From positions 32,001-96,000 of the forward strand of contig CAWGHO010000002.1 in assembly GCA_963822445.1 (NCBI GenBank): DNA of 64,000 nt. The letters are read 5' to 3'. How positions within the stretch are numbered: position 1 is the stretch's first letter; every line of letters starts with the position of its first letter. This DNA comes from an uncultured Acidobacteriota bacterium (GTDB taxonomy: Bacteria; Acidobacteriota; Thermoanaerobaculia; Gp7-AA8). Positions 52,134-61,847 of the stretch are shown piece after piece. The notes beneath the pieces were generated by a model that was not told the DNA's origin, searched no databases, and saw only the letters and a list, made by a program, of their open reading frames with translations. Made by a program: the position numbers and the translations under genes.

Positions 52134-53096
52134 TCAGAATCCGCCGTCGATCTCGTCGAGATCCTCCGGGGTCAGGATGCCGCTGCCGATCGACACCCAG
52201 CCGTCGCCGGTGATGTTGTCCTGGCTCGTGCCGTAAGCAACCCACGGTGCCGTGCCGTCATCGACAGTGATCTCGATGACCAGGTTTCCATAATTCCCCG
52301 CAGGGATGGCTTGGTGGATCATTCCACCCGCAGGAACGGTGATCGTCAACGAGTTCTGCGCGGTCTCGCCGAGGAAGTCGACCTCGAAGGTATGGTCGAC
52401 GTCGTCGATGTTGACGATCCCGTAGTTCGACCGGTACGCCGTGTCGTGCCGCAGGCCCATGATCGAGGCCGTTTCGAAAATGTAGAAGCTGAACGGATCG
52501 ACCGGCTCGAACGGCTGCGACACGGTGCCGGTGGCGCCGGGCTGGTTCGTCCAGATTCGCGAAAAACCATCCAGCGATGCGCCGTTGAAGTCCGGCTCGC
52601 CGTCGTGATCGACCGGAACGATCAGAATCGATCCGAGCTGCCCTTCGATGTGCAGGATCGTTCCGACGAAGTCGGTGATCGTGTAGTAGGTCTCGGGATC
52701 GAGGTCCATCTGGATCGTAGGCGGATCATCCGTATCAGCGCCATTCCGCAGCCAGATTACGAGCACATGCGCATGGTCGACGGCGTTGTTGCTGATGAGC
52801 GTGACGTCGGACCGGAAGAACTCTCCGTTCGCGCCGCGCGCGTTACCGGCCACGGGAAACAGCAGCAGGCGTGAGCTGCGCATGTCGCCGATGGTGTTGG
52901 CGCCCGGACGGAAACGGTCGCGAATCGATTCGCCAGTCGCCGCCTCGTACTTCGCCATGATGCGCGCGAAGCGCCCCGGCTCACTGGGCAGTTGCCGAAC
53001 CTGATCTACGGACGTCTTGTATTTCCGCGCTTTGGGCGCGGCGAGAACGGGCAACGTCACGAGGAGTGCGAGAGAGAGCGTTAAAAGACGTTTCAT
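52134..53096 (-). CDS. secreted hypothetical protein (paralog A)
   Basis: Signal peptide, P.AG..RGANG.FFRSDV, GLR....YRSNYGIVN and DNITGDGW. Confidence 0.8.
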   Translation of the reverse strand: MKRLLTLSLALLVTLPVLAAPKARKYKTSVDQVRQLPSEPGRFARIMAKYEAATGESIRDRFRPGANTIGDMRSSRLLLFPVAGNARGANGEFFRSDVTLISNNAVDHAHVLVIWLRNGADTDDPPTIQMDLDPETYYTITDFVGTILHIEGQLGSILIVPVDHDGEPDFNGASLDGFSRIWTNQPGATGTVSQPFEPVDPFSFYIFETASIMGLRHDTAYRSNYGIVNIDDVDHTFEVDFLGETAQNSLTITVPAGGMIHQAIPAGNYGNLVIEITVDDGTAPWVAYGTSQDNITGDGWVSIGSGILTPEDLDEIDGGF

Positions 53097-53136
53097 AGTC
53101 GCGGATTGTCACTCGCTTCCCGGTCCTGCCGCAATG

Positions 53137-54114
53137 TCAGTGCGGCAAACTCGCAGTGTCGAGGTCGTCGTCATCCCAGGCCTGCGCCGCGATCGAGACC
53201 CAGCCGTCATTACTGATGTTGTTGTTGCTGGTCGCGTAAGCGGTCCAGGCGTGGGTGTCGCCGGGCACGTCCGTATCCACCGAGACCAGCAGGCTGAAGT
53301 TTCCGTGCTCGCCCGCCGGTAGCGATCGCTGAATCATGCTCCCGGCTGGAATCTCGACGACGTCGACCTCCGCTACCAGAGCGTCCTCCGTGTACACCCA
53401 GACCCGGAACACCAGATCGTCCTCCTCGGACAGGTTGACGATGCCGTAGTTCGTCCGATGGCCGGCGTCCTGACGGAGGCCGAGGATGATCGCCTCGTAC
53501 TCCCCCTGCAGATGATTCAGGTCGACCGCGGGGAACGGGAACGAAACGATGCCGGCGGCGTTCGGTTGCGGGGACCAGATTCTCGAGTAGATGTCGATCG
53601 CCGCGTTCGGATCGAAGTCATCGTTGGCGAATGGCAGAAACACCAGACTACCCAGGCCCGACAGGCCAAGACCTTCGCCGACGAAGTCTTCAAAGGTGAA
53701 TGGAGGCGTGGAGCCGGGAATGGTCACGAACGCGACTTCGAAAGCGTCCGGATCGGCGCCGTTGGGGAACCAGACCGCGGCTACGTCCTGATCGGCGTCG
53801 TTGTAATTCACGAACGTGATGTCGGAGCGGTAGAACGTCCCGTTCGCGCCGCGCACACTGCCCGCGGACGGGATGACCAATTGACGGGCGGAGCGGTTGA
53901 CGATGACCGCCGAAGCGCTGACACCGCCGCGCTCATTCGCTTCCCGCGCCTGGCGAAGCAAGCGCTTCACCCATGCCGCAGAGCGGTCCACTTTCTTCAC
54001 TTCGACCTTCGCGCCATCGCGCCGGAAACGGGTTGGTGCCGCGCGATGGTTCGCCGCTACGACAGGAATCGACAACAACGAAAACAGCACGAGAGCAGAT
54101 GCGATTTTCCTCAT
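53137..54114 (-). CDS. secreted hypothetical protein (paralog B)
   Basis: Signal peptide, PSAGSVRGANGTFYRSDI, GLRQ...HRTNYGIVN and NNISNDGW. RBS GGAGG. Confidence 0.8.
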   Translation of the reverse strand: MRKIASALVLFSLLSIPVVAANHRAAPTRFRRDGAKVEVKKVDRSAAWVKRLLRQAREANERGGVSASAVIVNRSARQLVIPSAGSVRGANGTFYRSDITFVNYNDADQDVAAVWFPNGADPDAFEVAFVTIPGSTPPFTFEDFVGEGLGLSGLGSLVFLPFANDDFDPNAAIDIYSRIWSPQPNAAGIVSFPFPAVDLNHLQGEYEAIILGLRQDAGHRTNYGIVNLSEEDDLVFRVWVYTEDALVAEVDVVEIPAGSMIQRSLPAGEHGNFSLLVSVDTDVPGDTHAWTAYATSNNNISNDGWVSIAAQAWDDDDLDTASLPH

Positions 54115-54159
54115 CCTTCTTCCTCCGGTCGTTTTTGCTACACTCCGCGAGCCCCGCCC

Positions 54160-55059
54160 ATGGTCTCCCGCCGCGTTGCAACCCTGTTGATCGTCACGCT
54201 GCCTGTGCTCTTCGCGTGCAAGCGCGAAGCCGCCACGCCGCCCGACGTCGTGGTGCGCGTAAACGAGCGGATGCTCACCCTGGCGGACTTCAAACGGTAC
54301 CTGCTGCGCAACGCCGGAACCGACCTCGCCCAGCTCACACCCGAGGTGGCCAGCGCGATGCTCGACCAGTTCGTCGATGAGATCGTGGTATCCGAGTACG
54401 CCGCGTCGCGCGGAGTGGAAGTTCCTTCCGAAAAAATCACGGAAGCGGTGCGGACCGAGGCCGGCGTGACCGTCGTGGAAAAACGCGATGAGATGCGGCG
54501 GGAGAAGCTTCTCGCGAACCTCGCCGCCCAGGTCCCCGAGCCCAGCGACACGACCGTGCAGGCGTACTACGAGCAGCACCAGAACGACTTCCGCAGCGGC
54601 GAAGAGGTTCGCGTGCGGCAGATCCTGGTCAACGACGAGGCCCTGGCCAACGACATCGTGAAAAAGCTCAAGGCCGGGGCGGATTTCGCGGAGCTGTCCG
54701 CCCTCCATTCCAGAGCCGCGAACGCGAAGCGGGGCGGCGAGATCGGCTTCGTGAGCCGGGAAGACCTCCCCAAGATGTTCGCCGACGAGATCCTGAGCCT
54801 CGGTGCCGGCGAGATCAGCGACGTCATCCGTACCGACTCCACCTTTCATATCTTCCGCGTCGAGGAGCGCCGCCCCGCCGGCACCCTCGGCCCCGAAGCG
54901 GCCGCCCCGCTCATCCACGGCCGCCTCAAGGAGGACGCCATCCGGGAGCAGCTCGCCCAGATCGTCGCCCGCAGCCGCCAGGACATGAAAATCGCCGTTC
55001 TGACCCGCCGGCTGCCGTTCCGGTACAGCGGCGGCCTCAGGAAAGAGGAAGCTGAATAA
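54160..55059 (+). CDS. PpiC-type peptidyl-prolyl isomerase lipoprotein (PrsA/SurA-like)
   Basis: Lipobox LFAC, VRQILV, F.EL...HS, GGEIG and FHIF. Confidence 0.88.
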   Translation: MVSRRVATLLIVTLPVLFACKREAATPPDVVVRVNERMLTLADFKRYLLRNAGTDLAQLTPEVASAMLDQFVDEIVVSEYAASRGVEVPSEKITEAVRTEAGVTVVEKRDEMRREKLLANLAAQVPEPSDTTVQAYYEQHQNDFRSGEEVRVRQILVNDEALANDIVKKLKAGADFAELSALHSRAANAKRGGEIGFVSREDLPKMFADEILSLGAGEISDVIRTDSTFHIFRVEERRPAGTLGPEAAAPLIHGRLKEDAIREQLAQIVARSRQDMKIAVLTRRLPFRYSGGLRKEEAE

Positions 55060-55111
55060 ATCCGTCGCCGGAACCTGTTCTGCCGGCTGCACGTCTCAGG
55101 AATCGCAAATC

Positions 55112-56089
55112 ATGAAAAAGACACTTCTTACAGCCGTTCTGCTGCTGGCCGCGGCCTCCGCGTCCGCCGCTCAGCTCCTCGAGGGAATCGTCGTCCGCGT
55201 GGGCGACCGCATCGTGACCCGCAGCCAGTACGAGCGCCGTCTCCGGGACTCCTTCCGCGAGATCGACGCGACCGTCCCCGCCGAGCAGCGCGCCGCTGAA
55301 AAGACCAAGGCGCGGCAGAACCTCGTCAACGAGATGGTCAGCGAGCTGCTCCTCCGCGACCGCGCCGACCGCCTCGGCATCACCGTGAGCGACGCGGAAA
55401 TCCAGCAGTCGATCGTCCGGATGAAGCAGCAGTACAACATCACGACCGACGCACAGTTCGAGGAGTCGCTCCGAACGTCGGGGATGACCCGGCCTGAAAT
55501 GGAAGCGCGCCTGCGCGAGTCGATCCTCACCAGCAAGCTGTTCGCGCGTGAGCTTCGCAGCCGCGCCGATCTCAGCGACGCCGAGCTCCGCGAGCGCTAC
55601 AACCGCGAGAAGGAAAGGTTCCGCCTTCCCGAGCGCGCCGCGCTGCGCGAGATCGTCGTGCTCAAGCCCGAAGATCCGTCGAAGATCGAGGACGCGCGCA
55701 CGCGCGCCAATGAGCTCGCGCTGGCCGCGCGCAAGCCCGGAACGAACTTCGGCAACCTGGCTTCGACGATGTCGGAATCGGGCACCAAGGAGAAGCAGGG
55801 CGACATGGGCGAAGTGGCCAAGGGCGATCTCGTTCCCGAGATCGACAAAGCCGTCTTCAACGCCGCCGCCGGCACGATCCTCGGCCCGATCGAGAGCCGC
55901 TCCGCCTGGCACATCATCAAAGTCGAGCAGCGCCTGCCGTCGGAAGTTCCGGCGTTCGAGTCCGTGAAGGCCCAGCTCCGTGCGAGCGTCGATGACGAGA
56001 CCTTCCAGCGCGACTACAAGGCGTACATCGACACGTTGAGGAAGGATGCTTTCATCCAGATCAACGAACAGATGATTCCGAGCATCTAG
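55112..56089 (+). CDS. SurA-like peptidyl-prolyl isomerase/chaperone
   Basis: Signal peptide, SurA-N domain (IVVRVG...VT) and parvulin domain (GDMG, WHIIKV). Confidence 0.85.
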   Translation: MKKTLLTAVLLLAAASASAAQLLEGIVVRVGDRIVTRSQYERRLRDSFREIDATVPAEQRAAEKTKARQNLVNEMVSELLLRDRADRLGITVSDAEIQQSIVRMKQQYNITTDAQFEESLRTSGMTRPEMEARLRESILTSKLFARELRSRADLSDAELRERYNREKERFRLPERAALREIVVLKPEDPSKIEDARTRANELALAARKPGTNFGNLASTMSESGTKEKQGDMGEVAKGDLVPEIDKAVFNAAAGTILGPIESRSAWHIIKVEQRLPSEVPAFESVKAQLRASVDDETFQRDYKAYIDTLRKDAFIQINEQMIPSI

Positions 56090-56134
56090 CTCTACGTCTC
56101 GTATCCGCTTTTTCCAAAAACCCACCCCTCGGAG

Positions 56135-56163
56135 TCTGCCGGATCCCCCGATCCGGTAGATTT
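56135..56163 (+). terminator. probable intrinsic terminator
   Basis: tctgccggatc-cccc-gatccggtaga followed by ttt. Confidence 0.5.
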
Positions 56164-56203
56164 CCTCGGCGCGCTTGACACCCTCGTCATACGCTCTTTC
56201 GCG

Positions 56204-56920
56204 ATGAGCAGCATCGCCGAAGCAGTCCGCGCCATCCACGAAACGAAGCCCCGTCGCATCGTCGTTTTCACCGGCGCCGGTGTGTCTGCCGACAGCGGAA
56301 TCCCGACGTTCCGCGGCTCCGGCGGGCTATGGCGGAACTTCCGCGCGGAAGACCTGGCAACGCCGGAAGCATTCGAGCGCGATCCGGCGCTCGTGTGGGA
56401 GTGGTACGAGTGGCGGCGCGGCCTCATTCGCGCCGCCGAGCCGAACGCCGCGCACAAGGCCATTGCCCGGGTGCCGCACGCGGTAGTGGTCACGCAGAAC
56501 GTCGACGGTCTCCATGCTCGCGGCGGCGCGGACGACGTCATCGAGCTTCACGGCAACATCTTCCGGGTGCGCTGCACGCGGGAAGGGACGAAGCAGATGC
56601 GCGAAGAGCCGTTTCCCGAACTGCCACCGCATTGCGACTGCGGAGCGCTCCTGCGTCCGGACGTGGTCTGGTTCGGCGAGATGTTGCCGGATGACGCGGT
56701 CGCGCGCGCCGTGAGCGTGATCCGCGCCGCGGACCTGTTGCTCGTCATCGGAACGTCCGGCGTCGTTTATCCGGCCGCGGGCTTCGTCTCCCTGCATCGC
56801 GGCCTTTCCATCGAGATCAACCCCGAGGCGAGCGGTGTCAGCTCGGCGTGCACGCATGCGATTGCAGCGCGGGCCGCGGAAGCGACGCCGCAGATCATTG
56901 AGGCGGTATTGGAGGCTTGA
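56204..56920 (+). CDS. cobB: NAD-dependent protein deacylase (sirtuin)
   Basis: GAGVSADSGIPTFRG, WY..R (class III), TQNVD, HG, RPDVVWFGE and GTS. Confidence 0.93.
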   Translation: MSSIAEAVRAIHETKPRRIVVFTGAGVSADSGIPTFRGSGGLWRNFRAEDLATPEAFERDPALVWEWYEWRRGLIRAAEPNAAHKAIARVPHAVVVTQNVDGLHARGGADDVIELHGNIFRVRCTREGTKQMREEPFPELPPHCDCGALLRPDVVWFGEMLPDDAVARAVSVIRAADLLLVIGTSGVVYPAAGFVSLHRGLSIEINPEASGVSSACTHAIAARAAEATPQIIEAVLEA

Positions 56921-56923
56921 ACG

Positions 56924-57595
56924 ATGACTCAGATCATTTGCGACCTTCCCCGCGACGACCGGCCGCGCGAGAGGATGTTGATGCACGGCATCGAGACGCT
57001 CTCCAACGCGGAGCTGGTCGCGCTGTTCATCGGTTCCGGAAGACGCGGCAGAAACGCGGTCGACCTCGCCCGCGATCTGTTGAGTGAGGGCATGCCCCGC
57101 CTCGGCCAACGCGAGCTTGCGTATCTCTGCGAAGTGCCCGGAATCGGTGTGGCGAAGGCCGCGAGGATCGTGGCCGCATTCGAGTTCGCGCGCCGCATCG
57201 CCGAGGGCATCCCTGAAGAGCCGCCCGACTTCGACACGCACGTCTTCGGGAAGACTCTGGTCACGCGCTACGGCCGGCACATGCAGGAGCGTCTCGGCGC
57301 GCTGCTCCTCGACTCACGCCATCGCATTCTCAAGGAGAAGGAGATCTTCGTCGGAACGATCAACAACGCCCTGGTCTCGACCAGCGACATCATCCGCTTC
57401 GCCCTGCTCGAGCAGGGCACAGGGATCGTGATCTTTCACAATCACCCGTCCGGGAATCCCGCGCCTTCGACGGAGGACGAGACCTTCACGCAGAAGCTGC
57501 GGTTCTCACTGAGCACGTGCGACATCGAGCTCGTCGATCACCTGATCATCGGCGCGCACGGGTACTTCTCGATGAAGGAGAAGGGGTTGCTGTAG
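56924..57595 (+). CDS. radC: RadC-family JAB-domain protein
   Basis: RPRER, HhH GIGVAKA, HNHPSG..S..D and DHLII. Confidence 0.93.
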   Translation: MTQIICDLPRDDRPRERMLMHGIETLSNAELVALFIGSGRRGRNAVDLARDLLSEGMPRLGQRELAYLCEVPGIGVAKAARIVAAFEFARRIAEGIPEEPPDFDTHVFGKTLVTRYGRHMQERLGALLLDSRHRILKEKEIFVGTINNALVSTSDIIRFALLEQGTGIVIFHNHPSGNPAPSTEDETFTQKLRFSLSTCDIELVDHLIIGAHGYFSMKEKGLL

Positions 57596-57691
57596 GGCGG
57601 GCGTCTCGCCCGCAATCCGCCGGGCATCGTGCCCGGCGGTAGAGCGCGGCGCGGGGCGCGCCGCGCGAAGCGGGCGGGACGCCCGCCGTAC
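57592..57691. repeat. REP-like doublet with nested hairpins between convergent genes
   Basis: gtagggcgggcgtctcgcccgc ... gcgggcgggacgcccgccgtac. Confidence 0.75.
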
Positions 57692-57693
57692 GT

Positions 57694-58662
57694 TTATGAC
57701 GCGACCAGCGCCGGCTTCCGCGCCGCTGCCTCACGCTCCGCGTACACCGGCGTGAGCCAGCCGTAGCGGTCGGGGATCTCGCCGTTGATGTAGGCAAAGA
57801 ACTCCTTCTGAATCCGCTCGGTGATCGGGCCGCGGCGGCCATTTCCGATGTTGATCTTGTCGATCGAGCGGATCGGCGTGACCTCCGCCGCCGTGCCGGT
57901 GAAGAACACCTCGTCGGCGATGTAGAGGAACTCGCGCGGGATCAGCGTCTCCACGACCTCGTAACCGAAGTCTCGGGCGATGGTGATGATGCTCTGCCGA
58001 GTGATGCCGCCGAGGATCGACGCGCCGAAATGCGGGGTGAAGATCTTTCCGTCGCGGATGACGAAGATGTTCTCGCCGGATCCTTCACTCACGTGCCCCT
58101 GCACGTCGAGCGCGATTCCCTCGGCATATCCGTCGATGGCCGCTTCCTGGCGGATGAGGATCGAGTTCATGTAGTTGCCGGTGGCCTTGGCCAGCGACGG
58201 GAAGGTATTGGGGGCCATGCGGTTCCAGGACGAGACGCGCACGTCGACGCCCTGCTCGATCGCTTCCGGACCGAGGTACTTGCCCCACTTCCAGGCGGCG
58301 ACGACGACGTCGACCGGGCACGCGCCGGGGAAGACACCCAGCGAGTGATATCCGCGGTAAACGACCGGCCGCAGATAGCAGTCCTCGAACTCGTTGGCCT
58401 GCACGATGTCGATGCACGCGCGATTCAGCTCCTCCGGCGTGTACGGAATCTCCATCCGATAAATCTTGCAGCTGTCGAAGAGGCGGCGGGTGTGCTCGTT
58501 CAGCCGGAAGATGGCCGGGCCGCGTTTCGTGTTGTAGCAGCGGACGCCCTCGAAGAGCCCCGAGCCGTAGTGGATGGCATGCGTGAAAACGTGAATCTTG
58601 GCGTCGGCAAAATCGACCAGAGATCCATTGATCCAGACTTTCTTGACTTCCTCGAATGGCAC
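57694..58662 (-). CDS. ilvE: branched-chain amino acid aminotransferase
   Basis: HYGSGLFEG, YLRP, AKATGNY, EGSGEN, ILGGITR and GTAAE. Confidence 0.96.
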   Translation of the reverse strand: MPFEEVKKVWINGSLVDFADAKIHVFTHAIHYGSGLFEGVRCYNTKRGPAIFRLNEHTRRLFDSCKIYRMEIPYTPEELNRACIDIVQANEFEDCYLRPVVYRGYHSLGVFPGACPVDVVVAAWKWGKYLGPEAIEQGVDVRVSSWNRMAPNTFPSLAKATGNYMNSILIRQEAAIDGYAEGIALDVQGHVSEGSGENIFVIRDGKIFTPHFGASILGGITRQSIITIARDFGYEVVETLIPREFLYIADEVFFTGTAAEVTPIRSIDKINIGNGRRGPITERIQKEFFAYINGEIPDRYGWLTPVYAEREAAARKPALVAS

Positions 58663-58795
58663 TGGGGACCTCCGTGGTCGGTGCGTCGACAGACTCGGAC
58701 TGAGTCAGAGGGTTGGACTTCGGCCGGAGTATAGGTGTCGCTCTTTTGGGGTGTCAAATGCGAGATCTCTGCCGATAGACTGCGTAACCGAAACG

Positions 58796-59578
58796 ATGAA
58801 TCTCAAGGGGAAAACCGTCGTCGTCACCGGTGCATCGAGCGGAATCGGCCGCGCCGTGGCCCTGGAGATGGCCCGCCGCGGAGCGAACGTCGTACTCGGC
58901 GCACGCCGTCTGGAGCGCCTGGAAAAGACGGCCGTCGAGTGCCGCGCCCTCGGCGTCGAAGCAAAGGCCATCGCCGCCGACGTGACCCGCCGCGAAGATT
59001 GCCGGCTGCTCATCGCCGAGGCGGGCGACGTCGACGTGCTCGTCAACAACGCCGGGTTCGCGATCTTCGATTCGGTCGCCGAGGCGAAACCGGAAGAGCT
59101 CCGCTCGATGATGGACACCAACTACTTCGGCTCGGTGAACTGCATTCAGGCCGTGCTGCCGCAAATGCTCGCGCGCGGCGCAGGCACGATCGTCAACGTC
59201 GCCTCGATCGCCGGGATCATGGGCTACTCGCGCATGGGCGGTTACTGCGCGACGAAGTTCGCCATCATCGGTATGACCGAGGCGCTGCGTGATGAAGTCC
59301 TCGGCCGCGGCCTGCGCGTTGCACTGGTCTGCCCGGGAACTACTGACACTGAATTCTTCGACAAAGCGGAACGCGGAAAGATGCCGGGCGCGTCGCGGCT
59401 GATGCCGGCCGTGAAACCGGAGCGCGTGGCTCGCGCGATCTGCGATGCTGCCGAGGACGGCCGTTATCGCCGCATCCTGCCGCTGCTGGGCGCCACGTAC
59501 ATGCGCATGAAAGAGATCTTTCCGCGATTCGCACATCTGCTCATGCGCCGCGTGTCCGCGATGATGGAGCCTCGATGA
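58796..59578 (+). CDS. SDR-family oxidoreductase
   Basis: TGASSGIG, NNAG and YCATK. Confidence 0.93.
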   Translation: MNLKGKTVVVTGASSGIGRAVALEMARRGANVVLGARRLERLEKTAVECRALGVEAKAIAADVTRREDCRLLIAEAGDVDVLVNNAGFAIFDSVAEAKPEELRSMMDTNYFGSVNCIQAVLPQMLARGAGTIVNVASIAGIMGYSRMGGYCATKFAIIGMTEALRDEVLGRGLRVALVCPGTTDTEFFDKAERGKMPGASRLMPAVKPERVARAICDAAEDGRYRRILPLLGATYMRMKEIFPRFAHLLMRRVSAMMEPR

Positions 59579-60243
59579 CCGGCCGCTTCAAGCGGATGCC
59601 CGCGACGGCGCTGCTCATCATTGCCATCCTCATCGGATTCGTGATCGAGATCCAGAAAGGCGCCCTCCGCGACCCTCGCGTCCTCACCTACCTCGGCGCG
59701 ATCTGGGCTCCGCTCATCCTCGGCGAAGGACAGTGGTGGCGACTGCTCAGCGCGATGTTCCTCCACGGCGATGCGCTGCACCTGCTCATGAATCTGATCG
59801 CGCTCTTTCAGCTCGGAAGTCTGTACGAGCTCATGTTCGGAACGAAGCGGTTCACGATCATCTACTTCGTCACCGGCCTGGTGGCGTCGCTCACGAGCAT
59901 GTTCATCACCGGCGGACCGTCGGTCGGCGCGAGCGGAGCGGTTTTCGGGATCATGGGCGCGTTCATCTTTTCGATCCGCCGCTCGCCGCGATGGCGGCAC
60001 GAGCGCGCCGCGCGCGGCATCGTCTCCCAGCTGATCTTCTGGGTCGTGGCCAACATCGCCATCGCCCTGAAAGTGCCTCAGATCGATCTCGCGGCACACA
60101 TGGGTGGGCTGGTCGCGGGACTCATTCTCGGCGCGGTGTGGCCGCATCGGGTCCCACCGCCGCCGCCCAATCAGCTGGTCGTCGACGTCATGCCTTACGA
60201 AGAACCAGCCGGAGATCCGCGGGACCAAAGAATCGATCGTTGA
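59575..60243 (+). CDS. rhomboid-family intramembrane serine protease
   Basis: WWR, H...HLLMN, GASG and AHMGG. Confidence 0.93.
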   Translation: MTGRFKRMPATALLIIAILIGFVIEIQKGALRDPRVLTYLGAIWAPLILGEGQWWRLLSAMFLHGDALHLLMNLIALFQLGSLYELMFGTKRFTIIYFVTGLVASLTSMFITGGPSVGASGAVFGIMGAFIFSIRRSPRWRHERAARGIVSQLIFWVVANIAIALKVPQIDLAAHMGGLVAGLILGAVWPHRVPPPPPNQLVVDVMPYEEPAGDPRDQRIDR

Positions 60244-61273
60244 TCGTGTGGATCACGCGCTGCAGTTCCGGTGCGTCGCTTTCCAGCATCGGAATGCTCA
60301 TCCCCTCGGGCAATTCGTGCACGGCGCGCACTTCCGCGATCTCGAATCCGTGCTCGCGCGCGAGCACCGTCAACGCCGCGACATGTCGCGGCGCGAGGTG
60401 CGTCGGATCGCGCCAGAAGTCGGATGCTGAGACGGCGATCGACTCCGCGTTCGGCGTTTCGATCATCAACAGGCCGCCAGCTCGCAGCACGCGCTTCGCT
60501 TCCCGAAACAGCGCGAACAGCGCGTCGACGGGAAGGTGCTCGACCACGTGCATCGCCAGAATGGATCCGAGCGATCCCGGTTGAACCGCCGCGAAACACT
60601 CCGGAACCGCTGCCAGCGCGACATCGAACCCGCGCGTTTTCAGATCGGCGACGGAACGCTCGTTCGTATCGACGCCGCGCGCGGCGATCGACGCCTCCTG
60701 ACACGCGGCAAGGAACTCACCGCGTCCGCAGCCGACATCGAGCACCGGCTGCTGATCGGCCGCGCGCCGCACGTAATGCGCGACATCGGCCCGAACCTCG
60801 GCCTCACTGCCGCGCAACGCGTCCTCGAGGCGCCGGTACAGCGTGTCGGAGGTAACGACCGGATTGACGACGTCGCGAAACCGCACGGCCACGGTCTCGA
60901 TCTTCTGATCGAGCGCCGCGATCAACGCATCATTCCGTTTCGCCGCGGTCAGCACGAGGTTGTTCAGCCGCGTCGATTCCGCGGCCAGCGCGTCGCCGGC
61001 GGTTTTCTGCACCCCTTCGAGATCGCTGCGCAGATCGCGGCGGATGGCTTCCGCATCCCGACGGATGTCGTTGAGGAGCTCCAGCAGAACGACGTTGAAG
61101 TTTTTCTGCCGCTCCGCATCCGGCTCCGTCGCGCGCCGAAAGAGACGGCGCAGGAAACCGAAAAGCCACTCGTGCTTCGGCGAGCGCGGACGGTAGCGGC
61201 GGTCGGTCTCCCAGACATCGCGCCAGTCATCCGCGCCGGCGGGAGGAACCTCGACGTAGCGGTCGTCAGCCAT
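60188..61273 (-). CDS. class I SAM-dependent methyltransferase with N-terminal coiled coil (polysaccharide-capping type)
   Basis: LED..RGS, LDVGCGRGEF, HVVEHL, ETPN and DPTH. Confidence 0.85.
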   Translation of the reverse strand: MADDRYVEVPPAGADDWRDVWETDRRYRPRSPKHEWLFGFLRRLFRRATEPDAERQKNFNVVLLELLNDIRRDAEAIRRDLRSDLEGVQKTAGDALAAESTRLNNLVLTAAKRNDALIAALDQKIETVAVRFRDVVNPVVTSDTLYRRLEDALRGSEAEVRADVAHYVRRAADQQPVLDVGCGRGEFLAACQEASIAARGVDTNERSVADLKTRGFDVALAAVPECFAAVQPGSLGSILAMHVVEHLPVDALFALFREAKRVLRAGGLLMIETPNAESIAVSASDFWRDPTHLAPRHVAALTVLAREHGFEIAEVRAVHELPEGMSIPMLESDAPELQRVIHTINDRFFGPADLRLVLRKA

Positions 61274-61276
61274 CTT

Positions 61277-61345
61277 GGTAGGCGGTAGGCGGTAGGCGGT
61301 AGGCGGTGAGTGCGGGAACCCCCGCCTACTGCCTACCGCCTACCG
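61277..61345. repeat. heptamer tandem repeat with inverted partner
   Basis: (GGTAGGC)x4, then a spacer, then three GCCTACY units. Confidence 0.9.
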
Positions 61346-61352
61346 ATTCTAG

Positions 61353-61847
61353 TTACTGCTGCGATTCCGCGGGTGCCTCGGCCGGCTCTTCGAGCTTCTC
61401 CACGCCGAGAGGCACGACCTCGACCTGGATGTGCGCCGACACTTCGCGGTGCAGGCGCACCTCGACGTCGTGCAGGCCGATGTTCTTGATCGGCGAGCCG
61501 AGCTCGATGCGGCGCTTGTCGACGGTGATGCCTTTCGCCTCGAGCGCGTCCGCGATCTCGTTCGCGGTGACCGAGCCGAACAGATGTCCATGCTCGCCGA
61601 CGCGCTTCTCGATCTTGATCTTCACGCCCTTGACCGTGTCCGCCTGCTTCTGGGCCGCGTTCTTTTCTTCCTGGGCGAGCAGCGCCCACTTGCGCTTGTC
61701 GTGCTCGACCTGCTTCAGGTTGCCGGCCGTCGCCTCGCGGGCGAGGTTCTTCGGCAGGAGGAAGTTCCGCGCGTAACCGTCTTTGACGGTCACTACGTCG
61801 CCGCGAGTGCCGAGGCCACGGATCTCCTCAATCAGAATGACTTTCAT
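61353..61847 (-). CDS. rplI: 50S ribosomal protein L9
   Basis: MKVIL...LG..GDVV.VKDGYARNFLLP and LFGSVT. Confidence 0.97.
   Translation of the reverse strand: MKVILIEEIRGLGTRGDVVTVKDGYARNFLLPKNLAREATAGNLKQVEHDKRKWALLAQEEKNAAQKQADTVKGVKIKIEKRVGEHGHLFGSVTANEIADALEAKGITVDKRRIELGSPIKNIGLHDVEVRLHREVSAHIQVEVVPLGVEKLEEPAEAPAESQQ

Noticed and set aside
56924-57595. radC as a marker of a mobile or anti-restriction element
   Set aside because: It is the full-length HhH-containing chromosomal form among housekeeping genes.
61277-61345. CRISPR array
   Set aside because: The units are 7 bp with no spacers, and no cas genes or repeat-spacer arrays were seen anywhere in the window.
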